From assembly GCA_041484625.1 (NCBI GenBank), contig JBGPHY010000001.1, forward strand, positions 1-45,292: a stretch of DNA of 45,292 nucleotides, written 5' to 3'. The stretch is from Terriglobia bacterium (lineage in GTDB: Bacteria; Acidobacteriota; Terriglobia; Versatilivoradales; Versatilivoraceae). Positions within the stretch are counted from its first letter, which is position 1. Each line of letters starts with the position of its first letter. The translations under genes and the position numbers were made by a program. Below are positions 27,545-34,924 of this stretch, in pieces. The notes below the pieces were generated by a model that was given only the letters and a program-made list of their open reading frames with translations, had not been told where the DNA came from and made no database searches.

Positions 27545-28002
27545 TACCGTTCGGGATCCCCGAAATTTCGACCGAGCACCAAGTAGTCTAAACTGGTTGT
27601 TTCTATCTTGCGACAGTTTTCTGCCTGCTTCACGCTGTTGCCTCTATGATGGGCATGGATTCATACAAATTGTTGTAAGCGAATACCACGCCGGACTGCC
27701 TGCCCAAATCGTAGACAAGCATCTTTCCATAGTCTGTCATGAACCTTTTCCCGATCCTTAGTTTCTGCGTGCTGTGAAATAGAACAGGGCAGGCTTGCCT
27801 CCAATGGGATTTCCTGTGGGAAAGGAAGCATTTGCCGGTCCCTCCTTTTCTGCCTACGTGGCCATTGGGCAGGGGTACAAGACGTAAACAAGAACTATGT
27901 CATCGACAAACCTCCAGTTCCAAGGATAGGCTTCGGTCTTTGACCTCCTCTCTCTTGGCACCTTGATGATGACCCGTTCCTATGTAGTCGGTGCTCGGCG
28001 TT

Positions 28003-28836
28003 CTAGGGATTGCTGGAAGATTCCCGCTGGCTGAAAACAAGATTGGTCGCCACATAGCATTCCAGTGCGAAGGGCCCAAATCCAAGAAATCCCAGAACGG
28101 GCATTTCGAAAATCTTGAGTTGGGGAAGAATCGGGACTGTGTAGATCCACTTGGTGTAAGCCCAATAGTTCCAAAATTCCCACAGCAAGCCGCAGACAAA
28201 TCCCCCCAATAGCACCGAATAGAAATTAGACCCGTCTGCCCTTTCAAAATCTCCCAGAAGAGACGCCTTGCCCAGCCGGTAGTTGATGGGATCCAACAGG
28301 AAAATCAATCCCAGCCAGACGGGAGCAAACAGGTAGGGGGAAGGAGATACCAAAGGAATGGTCAAGAAGAGAAATCCCACGGCCACCCAGACATTCAATA
28401 ACTTGGGCGTGACACGGATCTTGCGGACGCCAAGGCTGGTCAAACGGGGATAAATTCTGATCACTTCTGCAGTTACCAGGATTCCAGGCAGAATTGTGGC
28501 AAAGGACCACAAATAACCGAGCATCCTGAGACTCCACCGATCAGGGAGGTTAACGTAATACCAATTCTTCAGCAGGAGATTGTAGTACTCAAACAGGACC
28601 CAGAGGAAAACGGAGTAAACGCAGAGCGAAACGAATCTGGGACCATACCGTCGAATGAAGGAACTGCGGCCGGAGCGGACCAGCCAGGCATCGGCCAGCA
28701 GAATGTAACCGGTCCAGACAATCGGTGTAAAGAAGCAGGATACCGGCCGAAAATCGGCCAACATCAGGACTTCCGCAGCCAGCATGACCCCGATTCCAAT
28801 CATGCCATAGACAGGGAATCGGCGGGAGGGCTTCAT
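28003..28836 (-). CDS. polytopic inner-membrane protein of unknown function
   Basis: 277 aa with about 8 hydrophobic helices and conserved-looking Trp/Tyr-rich motifs (LLWEFWNYWAYTKWIY, FEMPVLGFLGFGPFALE). Its ATG overlaps the upstream stop (ATGA at 28833-28836). Confidence 0.6.
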   Translation of the reverse strand: MKPSRRFPVYGMIGIGVMLAAEVLMLADFRPVSCFFTPIVWTGYILLADAWLVRSGRSSFIRRYGPRFVSLCVYSVFLWVLFEYYNLLLKNWYYVNLPDRWSLRMLGYLWSFATILPGILVTAEVIRIYPRLTSLGVRKIRVTPKLLNVWVAVGFLFLTIPLVSPSPYLFAPVWLGLIFLLDPINYRLGKASLLGDFERADGSNFYSVLLGGFVCGLLWEFWNYWAYTKWIYTVPILPQLKIFEMPVLGFLGFGPFALECYVATNLVFSQRESSSNP

Positions 28837-29696
28837 TTTCGAGCGGATTTCCCTTCCAGATTGATGACGAGATTCACCAGGGACTTCTCGCGGTCATAGC
28901 TGAAAGTGATGTCGGCATCCGTCAGCACCGGCGTTATTCCCAACTCGTTCAGACTTTGGAGACAGGCGTCAAACGCCTTTTCGGCAAAGATGTCTCCGCT
29001 TTGGAGAGGCAGGAATTCACCCAGCAAGGCCGGATTGATGGGGGAATTACCAGCCACTTCCACTTTGCCGACATGATACAGCCTGCCTTCCTTGATGGTG
29101 AGCAGGATATCCGCAATCTTCCTCTTCCCGGTGACATCAAGGTTGGACTGAATGTCTACGTCCAGGTATCCCAGAGAAAGATAAGCTTTCTGAATGGCCT
29201 GCACTCCCGCATTCAACTGGGCCAAATTCAAAGGACGGTTCGGCTGCACGTTCAGCATATTAGTTAGGAGATCCTCACTGAAAACCCTGGCACCGCTAAT
29301 CCTGATCAATCCGGGATGATAGAGCTGATCCTCCACAATTTGAAAAACCAATCTGACCTTGCTGCCGGGTTCTGCGGCATTGAAGTCAGTTTCAGGGCCA
29401 TTGATGGCCGCCCGGATAAAACCGCGATTCCGGTAAAAAGCCAAAACTGCGGCCATGGCATGGTTCACCCGGTCCATATTGTAGACGTCCAGACTCTGAG
29501 GGGAAAGCTGCGCAGTCACCGTCCCGGCACTGCGGAAAATCGTTCGAAGCTCCTGGCTGGAAATCGAGTTATTTCCGGTAAAGATGATATTTTCAGGCCT
29601 GATGAAGATCCCGGACACCTGCCCCTGTTGCGCTTCAGCCGAAGATAGAGAGATCAGCAACAAGAAAAGGACAGCCAACTCAGTCAGCGTGTTCAT
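28833..29696 (-). CDS. secreted POTRA-repeat protein without a beta-barrel
   Basis: Signal peptide ...LLISLSSAEAQ, then three BamA-like POTRA units (e.g. IVEDQLYHPGLIRISGARVFSEDLL..., IKEGRLYHVGKVEVAGNSPINPALL...). Ends at 287 aa with no barrel. Confidence 0.7.
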   Translation of the reverse strand: MNTLTELAVLFLLLISLSSAEAQQGQVSGIFIRPENIIFTGNNSISSQELRTIFRSAGTVTAQLSPQSLDVYNMDRVNHAMAAVLAFYRNRGFIRAAINGPETDFNAAEPGSKVRLVFQIVEDQLYHPGLIRISGARVFSEDLLTNMLNVQPNRPLNLAQLNAGVQAIQKAYLSLGYLDVDIQSNLDVTGKRKIADILLTIKEGRLYHVGKVEVAGNSPINPALLGEFLPLQSGDIFAEKAFDACLQSLNELGITPVLTDADITFSYDREKSLVNLVINLEGKSARK

Positions 29697-29871
29697 GCCT
29701 CGAACTCCACAGGCGTTTAACCGACCTTACCGCCTTCTAATGATGAGCGCATGCTACCCTTGAATTTCGCCCCTTACAAGCCCAATCTCGAAGTGCATCG
29801 ACTTGGGGGACGTTGCCGTCCCCACCCGGTAAGTGTTAAGATCTTTAAGCTTCTGATATCTGAACCCCGGA

Positions 29872-30861
29872 TTGGGGAGAGGTTTAAGGTTACCTCCTGA
29901 ATTGACGACGTCACCAGGAAGAGCGAGAACTGCCCCGAGCCCCATTTCACTGCTTAAAGCCGATCTGCATGTGCATTCCTACTTCAGCGGGAAGACCAAC
30001 CACGTCAAGCCACTGGAACCCATGGATTGCTACTCCACCCCGGAGGCGGTCTATCACCTCGCCAGGTCCCGCGGCATGGACCTGGTGACAATTACTGACC
30101 ACGACTCCATCTCGGGTTGCATCGACTTTCTGGACAAGCATCCGGACAAAGCGGATGAGTTCTTTGTCGGCGAAGAGGTTACCAGCCGTTTGCCGGAGTT
30201 CGACTCCAAAATCCATGTGGGGGTTTACGACATCACTGAAGCACAACACCAAGAAATCACCCGCCTGAAAGGTAACTTCGACGACCTCCTCGTCTATCTG
30301 AAGGCTAATCGCATCATCCACGTTCTGAATCATTTTTTTCTCGGTTTTCCCCCACGACAGCACGCCGACCGGTTCATGAGAAAGATGATGGACTCGTTCG
30401 ATCTGTTTGAGAGCATCAATGGCGCCATCTCTGCTCGACAGAACCGCTTGCTTTGCAGCATGATTCCGCGCTTTCGGGGGAAGGCGGTGGTGGCGGGGAG
30501 CGACTCTCATACACTGCTCCGTTTAGGCGATTGCTACACGGCATGCACGGGCAGAAATAAGCCGGAGTTCCTTGAGAACCTCCGGGCTGGCCGGACCCAC
30601 ATCGTCGGCAAAGACAGCCGCTTCATCCACGTCTTTAACGATGCCATGGGGGTCTACCTGGCCTACTTTCGCGATATTGCCTTTCGCAACGAGGTTCATC
30701 GCGACTGGTCGATTTTCAAGAAAATCCGCAACGGTTTTGGCTGGGCCGGCTGGCTTCCGGTTTTTTTTACGCTCTCGTTGGTCTACTCCTTCCTCCATTA
30801 CCGGCAGGAAGAGCGCAAGGAAACCTTCTATCAAAGCCTGTTTCAAGACCTCCTAAGATGA
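29872..30861 (+). CDS. PHP-domain metal-dependent phosphoesterase with C-terminal membrane anchor
   Basis: LKADLHVHSYFSG...MDLVTITDHDSISG is the PHP His/Asp motif. C-terminal hydrophobic helix GWAGWLPVFFTLSLVYSFL. The start (TTG 29872) is uncertain. Confidence 0.75.
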   Translation: MGRGLRLPPELTTSPGRARTAPSPISLLKADLHVHSYFSGKTNHVKPLEPMDCYSTPEAVYHLARSRGMDLVTITDHDSISGCIDFLDKHPDKADEFFVGEEVTSRLPEFDSKIHVGVYDITEAQHQEITRLKGNFDDLLVYLKANRIIHVLNHFFLGFPPRQHADRFMRKMMDSFDLFESINGAISARQNRLLCSMIPRFRGKAVVAGSDSHTLLRLGDCYTACTGRNKPEFLENLRAGRTHIVGKDSRFIHVFNDAMGVYLAYFRDIAFRNEVHRDWSIFKKIRNGFGWAGWLPVFFTLSLVYSFLHYRQEERKETFYQSLFQDLLR

Positions 30862-30878
30862 GGTGATGGCCAGAAACA

Positions 30879-30924
30879 ACAAAAAATGCCTGCCTCATAC
30901 AAGACTCAGTCCGATGAGGCAGGC
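30879..30924 (-). terminator. rho-independent terminator of the histone-like gene
   Basis: Perfect 11-bp stem GCCTGCCTCAT (30888-30898) / ATGAGGCAGGC (30914-30924). On the minus strand it is followed by ATTTTTTG (the A-run at 30881-30886 on plus). It lies 19 nt after the TAA at 30943-30945. Confidence 0.65.
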
Positions 30925-30942
30925 TAGAACGAAAGACCCGAC

Positions 30943-31062
30943 TTACTTCTTCTTTGCGGTTTTTTTGGCAGGCTTCTTCGCGGCAGACTTTTTCGGGGCA
31001 GCTTTCTTGGTCATCTTTTTCTTCGGAGCCGCCTTCTTGGCTGCCGGTTTCTTAGTGGCCAT
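30943..31062 (-). CDS. 39-aa lysine/alanine-rich histone-H1-like DNA-binding protein
   Basis: MATKKPAAKKAAPKKKMTKKAAPKKSAAKKPAKKTAKKK. ATG 31060-31062 is preceded by AAGGAGG at 5-nt spacing, and a strong terminator lies downstream. The opposite-strand ORF is a Phe-rich mirror image. Confidence 0.6.
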   Translation of the reverse strand: MATKKPAAKKAAPKKKMTKKAAPKKSAAKKPAKKTAKKK

Positions 31063-31197
31063 ATTAACCTCCTTTTTTTTAGGATAGAGCAAAGAAAGTC
31101 CAATTTCCTGAACTTCGTAACGCCTGATGACCACGACCACGCGAACAAGAGCTAGAGGGAACAAAGTGAAGTGGAGTCTGAACTAACCCTGGGTTTC

Positions 31198-31455
31198 TCA
31201 AGAAGTCTCCTTTTTCTTCTGGGACCCTGCGGAGGCCTCTTCTGGCTCAGCTTTCTCAGGCGCAACCGTCTTCCCCTCGACGCTTGGCTTAGCTTCTCTT
31301 GGATTTTCCTTTGCTTCTCGAACTAATCTCTCCTCCTTCAAGTAACTCTTGATTATCTTGTTAACAATCTTCTTGATAGAAGTCCGATGACGAGTGGCAC
31401 TCAACTTCAGCTCAATGTGATCCTCGTCGTCGATTTCCACATTAATCTTTGCCAT
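31198..31455 (-). CDS. ribbon-helix-helix DNA-binding protein, ParG/Arc-like, with charged C-terminal tail
   Basis: KINVEIDDEDHIELKLSATRHRTSIKKIVNKIIKSYLKEE fits strand-helix-helix and resembles the ParG core (recalled). Lower-GC coding sequence, with a near-consensus promoter upstream. Confidence 0.6.
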   Translation of the reverse strand: MAKINVEIDDEDHIELKLSATRHRTSIKKIVNKIIKSYLKEERLVREAKENPREAKPSVEGKTVAPEKAEPEEASAGSQKKKETS

Positions 31456-31517
31456 TAGACTCTTAAGAGCTTATATAATTACATACAAACATAACTTACT
31501 AACAAACTACTTTTATA

Positions 31518-31546
31518 TTTATAAACAGTACTTTCCAATTTGTCAA
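31518..31546 (-). promoter_or_regulatory. sigma70-type promoter for the RHH gene
   Basis: On the minus strand: TTGACA (31541-31546), exactly 17 nt, then TATAAA (31518-31523). Embedded in a strikingly AT-rich block (about 31456-31610). Confidence 0.5.
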
Positions 31547-31644
31547 CAAAAATCTTTAACTTTATCGGCATTTTCATACATTAATCTTAATGAATCTATT
31601 TGGTGATGATGGTGAGGAGGTTGTTTTGCCCGCCGACTGCCAAC

Positions 31645-31875
31645 TTGCAGACAACAGGCTAGCAGAAGGGGCACATCCTCCACTTTCTCGCGCGGAGGGG
31701 AGATCTCGATGGGGATCATGTTGATCCGATAAAACAGGTCCGGCCGGAAGATTCCTCCCCCGACCAATTCCTCTAAATCGACCTTCGAGGCCGCGATGAC
31801 TCGACCATTCATCGGGATGGTAGTAGTTCCACCCACCCGTATCACTTTGCTGGATTCCAGCGGTCTCGCCAGATG
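31645..31875 (-). pseudogene. relic of a sigma54-dependent transcriptional activator (C-terminal part of the AAA+ domain only)
   Basis: VIRVGGTTTIPMNGRVIAASKVDLEELVGGGIFRPDLFYRINMIPIEISPPREKVEDVPLLL follows the enhancer-binding protein (EBP) consensus RvGg...i.vdvRiIaAT...L...v..G.FR.DLyYRLnv..i.lPPLReR.eDIp.L. There is no Walker A/B, GAFTGA or HTH region. A stop lies immediately upstream (31900-31902). Confidence 0.55.
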
Positions 31876-32023
31876 TGAATCGGAATAGCAAGAAAAATCT
31901 CAGGTTGCGAGGATTTTCTTACGATGAATTAAATGGCTAGGGGACGTACCCGGAAATTGGGGCTTGGCATTAGGTGAAAGGTGATGGATAATCAGTTCAA
32001 ATTCCAGCTCAGAGAAGACGGCT

Positions 32024-32461
32024 ATGCGTAAGCGGAAAGTGCGGACGATAGAGGAAAGGCGTTGTTCAGAACGAATCACGGACGATTCGATCTTGTGCGT
32101 GCGAAGTGTTTCCCATTGGGGGGAGTCGTTCAAAGAAATCGCCAAGATCAAGGATGTCAGCTCGGACGGAATCTCTTTTTTCCTCAACTTCAGGATTGCT
32201 GTGGATTCCGTGGTTGAGTTGGAAATATGTCCTGGTGATGGAGCGCTCGCGACCCCTGTCCCTTTGTTCCAGGGGAAAGGGGTCGTATTGAGGGTGATCG
32301 AGGATAAGGCCTTGCCGGGACGTTTTCTTGTGGCAACTCGATTCCTGGAGTCTTTCAGACTCCTCAAGGACCTTCGCGGCTCCGATGACATAGCCCAAGA
32401 GCTTCAGCAAGCCCTAGAAAGTGATGAGCAGGCCCGTCGGACCTGCACGGAAGGAGTCTGA
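32024..32461 (+). CDS. PilZ-domain protein (c-di-GMP receptor candidate)
   Basis: RRCSER (RxxxR) near the N-terminus and DVSSDGISF (D/NxSxxG) about 30 aa later. Confidence 0.7.
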   Translation: MRKRKVRTIEERRCSERITDDSILCVRSVSHWGESFKEIAKIKDVSSDGISFFLNFRIAVDSVVELEICPGDGALATPVPLFQGKGVVLRVIEDKALPGRFLVATRFLESFRLLKDLRGSDDIAQELQQALESDEQARRTCTEGV

Positions 32462-32467
32462 TACTCG

Positions 32468-32809
32468 ATGTTTGTAGAACAAAGACGGCAGAAGAGAATC
32501 TCGGTGGGGTTTCCTGTCCGCGTCAAAGGTCTGGACGCGGAGGGAAAACGATTTGACGAAGTGACCAAGTCCCTCGATGTCAGCGCCGACGGGGCTTCCT
32601 TTCTGCTCAAGACCCCGGTTCGACAGGGATGTGCTCTCGACCTATCTCTCCCTCTTCCACGGCAGATGCAACGAAATGTTGCGCCCAAGCCGGTATATGA
32701 AACCAGCGGCGTCGTGCTTCGAATCGAACGCTCCAACACTCCTGCCAGCTTGAAAATTGCCGTCCGCTTCCGAGCCACCGCCGGAAAACAGTATCGAGCC
32801 GAATCCTGA
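32468..32809 (+). CDS. PilZ-domain protein (c-di-GMP receptor candidate)
   Basis: QRRQKRI (RxxxR) and DVSADGASF (DxSxxG). Starts 6 nt after the previous stop. Confidence 0.75.
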   Translation: MFVEQRRQKRISVGFPVRVKGLDAEGKRFDEVTKSLDVSADGASFLLKTPVRQGCALDLSLPLPRQMQRNVAPKPVYETSGVVLRIERSNTPASLKIAVRFRATAGKQYRAES

Positions 32810-32978
32810 TTCCCAATTCCAGCCGGCATTTCATCATAATGAATGCGATAAGGTGTCTTTGCAGGTGCTTTTCCCGAGGTAGGGGATGAAGTATGAACAG
32901 ATCTGCAAGCGTTTCCGTCCCTTGAAGCCCCCTCGAGCCTTCAAACAAGGGCGATGGTGGTTGGGGAAGAATGCGGTT

Positions 32979-33893
32979 TCAAGGATGGGGATATTTCTTT
33001 TCCCCTGCTTCAATGGCAGCCTTCAACCAATTTTGCCTCGGAGGCAGGGGGCAAGTTGAATAAGGCGAGTAAGCGCAGTAGGGGTTATGGGCCTGATTGA
33101 AATTCAGAATGAGACGATTTCCTTTGGGCAAGTCCGTATAGAGGAAACGGCCAGCCTCGTAAGTCTCCTGTCCGTTAGTCAAATCCTTGAAAATGAAGAA
33201 GAGTTGCTTGCTTTTGGGAGATTCCAGAATCGGCTCCAGGGAGAAGTCTTTCCCTCCCAGGGTGAATTGGGCGACCCCCGGGCAATCCGCTCCCTCGATC
33301 TGCCCTGTCACTGAGGTGATCCGGACCTTCTTGGGTGGCTGATAGGGGAAAAAGCGGGCCTCGATTCGATAGGCCGGATCAATGTCGAAGAAATCCAGAC
33401 GCTTAAAGGCCAGCAGCGGTGGATTCTTGGTATAGATAAGGCGCACTGCGAGGCGATTTCCGCGCTGAATGATTCTCATCCGCAAATCTCCCAGGTGGAC
33501 GGCATCGGGAGTGCCTGCCGAATCAGCCTTCAGGATACGGTCCCGGACTTCCTGATTTCCCAAGATTACAGTCGCGGCCGGGTTGTCGACCAACAGCCGT
33601 ACTTGCTCTTTATCAAGCAAGAAACGCCCAACCTTGCCTGGTGCTGTTCCCTCGGGCAAGATAATATCGTTAGCCGCATCTACTCCGAATCGGTTCTCTC
33701 CCGGCTTCAGCCAGAAGAGCCCTGCCAGGGCCAGAGGGCTCCGTTCCGACTTCATCCAGGTCTCCCGGTCCCTCCGGAATCTCCGGTCTCCCTCTCGCCC
33801 GTCCTCCTGCCCCAGAGGCTTTTCATGCGGGAAGAATAAAAAGATGGCCAGGATCAAGGCAATGAAAGCAATAGAGGGGGTTCCGCGCATCAT
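32979..33893 (-). CDS. DUF1684 domain protein, exported
   Basis: Signal anchor, and a C-terminal NPYCAYSPYSTCPLPPRQNWLKAAIEAGEKKY motif characteristic of DUF1684. Confidence 0.75.
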   Translation of the reverse strand: MMRGTPSIAFIALILAIFLFFPHEKPLGQEDGREGDRRFRRDRETWMKSERSPLALAGLFWLKPGENRFGVDAANDIILPEGTAPGKVGRFLLDKEQVRLLVDNPAATVILGNQEVRDRILKADSAGTPDAVHLGDLRMRIIQRGNRLAVRLIYTKNPPLLAFKRLDFFDIDPAYRIEARFFPYQPPKKVRITSVTGQIEGADCPGVAQFTLGGKDFSLEPILESPKSKQLFFIFKDLTNGQETYEAGRFLYTDLPKGNRLILNFNQAHNPYCAYSPYSTCPLPPRQNWLKAAIEAGEKKYPHP

Positions 33894-34015
33894 AATAAGC
33901 CTAAGACAGGAAACATCTCAATTCGAGGCCTGGCTAAAGCGAGTTGCTCGTCATGGGGAATCCTGAGATATCCTCGTCATAAACAAATCTGACCGGGATC
34001 GCGGGCGGCAATCTG

Positions 34016-34804
34016 TCAATTGGCCGTTACAGAAGAGTCCTCTTCCAAGGTCTTCTCTTTTTGTTCCGCGACCAACTGTGTGGCCATTTCTCTCAACTTG
34101 TATTTCTGAATCTTGCCGCTGGCAGTCATGGGGAAATCATCAATGAAATAAATGTGCTTCGGGATTTTGTAGCGCGCGATTTTTCCGCGACAATAATCCG
34201 GGATCTCGCTCGGCTCCAGATTCGCACCCGGATGGAGTTGGACAAAGGCCGCTACCTCCTCGCCGTACATATCGTTCGGGACTCCTACGATCTGGACATT
34301 CCGGATCTCAGTCACCCCCAGGAGGAAATCCTCGACCTCCTTAGGGTAGATGTTCTCCCCACCTCGTATGACCATGTCTTTGAGGCGGCCGGTGATCCTG
34401 TAATAGTTATTCTCGATCATCACCGCCAGGTCTCCAGTATGCAGCCATCCCCCCGGATCGATGGCCCGAGCGGTCTCCTCGGGCATTTTGTAGTACCCGT
34501 TCATGGTGTTGTAGCCGCGGGAACAAAGTTCTCCCGGCTGATGTGGGGGAAGATCTTCGCCGGTATTGACGTCCACGATCTTGACTTCCACCGCGTCAAT
34601 CGGAATCCAGTCGGGAACATTAGTGGCCCAGATGCCGACATGGTCTCCTTTCTGGATTCCAATTGCCATCAAACCCTTGGCTATCTGGGTAACTCTTCGA
34701 TCCAACTCAGCGAACGTGTATTTGAGATCGCGGTCCGAATAAACGAGGGCCTCGTGATCCGGGTGGGCAGCAGTCATTTCCTCCAACAACCCGCCGACAG
34801 TCAT
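34016..34804 (-). pseudogene. AMP-dependent acyl-CoA synthetase with a large in-frame internal deletion (ORF intact, core adenylation motifs absent)
   Basis: The N-terminal about 70 aa (..HPDHEALVY...GDHVGIWATNVPDW) join directly to the C-terminal third (..VEVKIVD..GELCSRGY..GYY..WLHTGDL..GRLKDMVIRGGENIYP..GKIQKYKLRE). The P-loop (T/S-GTTGxPKG) region is missing. Junction about 34598-34609. Confidence 0.7.
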
Positions 34805-34899
34805 CTGCAGGAACCGGGACACAAAAGTGGACTCCTTTCCGCGACCTGCAGGGAGTGCAGCCTCAGGTCCAGACGCAAAAGACGGATTCTACTCCAGAA

Positions 34900-34924
34900 G
34901 GCGGGAATAGATCCCGCCTTTTTT
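34900..34924 (+). terminator. intrinsic-terminator-like hairpin with no obvious plus-strand gene to terminate
   Basis: GGCGGGA (34900-34906), 5-nt loop, TCCCGCC (34912-34918), followed by TTTTTT (34919-34924). Confidence 0.4.

Noticed and set aside
29806-29823. GGGGAC-GTTGCC-GTCCCC hairpin in the POTRA/PHP divergent spacer
   Set aside because: It is a short 6-bp stem with no U-tract in either direction, and nothing distinguishes it from chance.
30863-31087. 74-aa plus-strand Phe/Ala-rich 'membrane' ORF
   Set aside because: It is the mirror image of the lysine-rich (AAG/AAA) gene on the minus strand. That minus-strand gene has an ideal AAGGAGG-5nt-ATG start and its own terminator.
31900-32391. 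163-aa minus-strand ORF opposite the first PilZ gene
   Set aside because: The plus-strand product has both PilZ motifs. The minus-strand product is Ser/Arg-rich low complexity.
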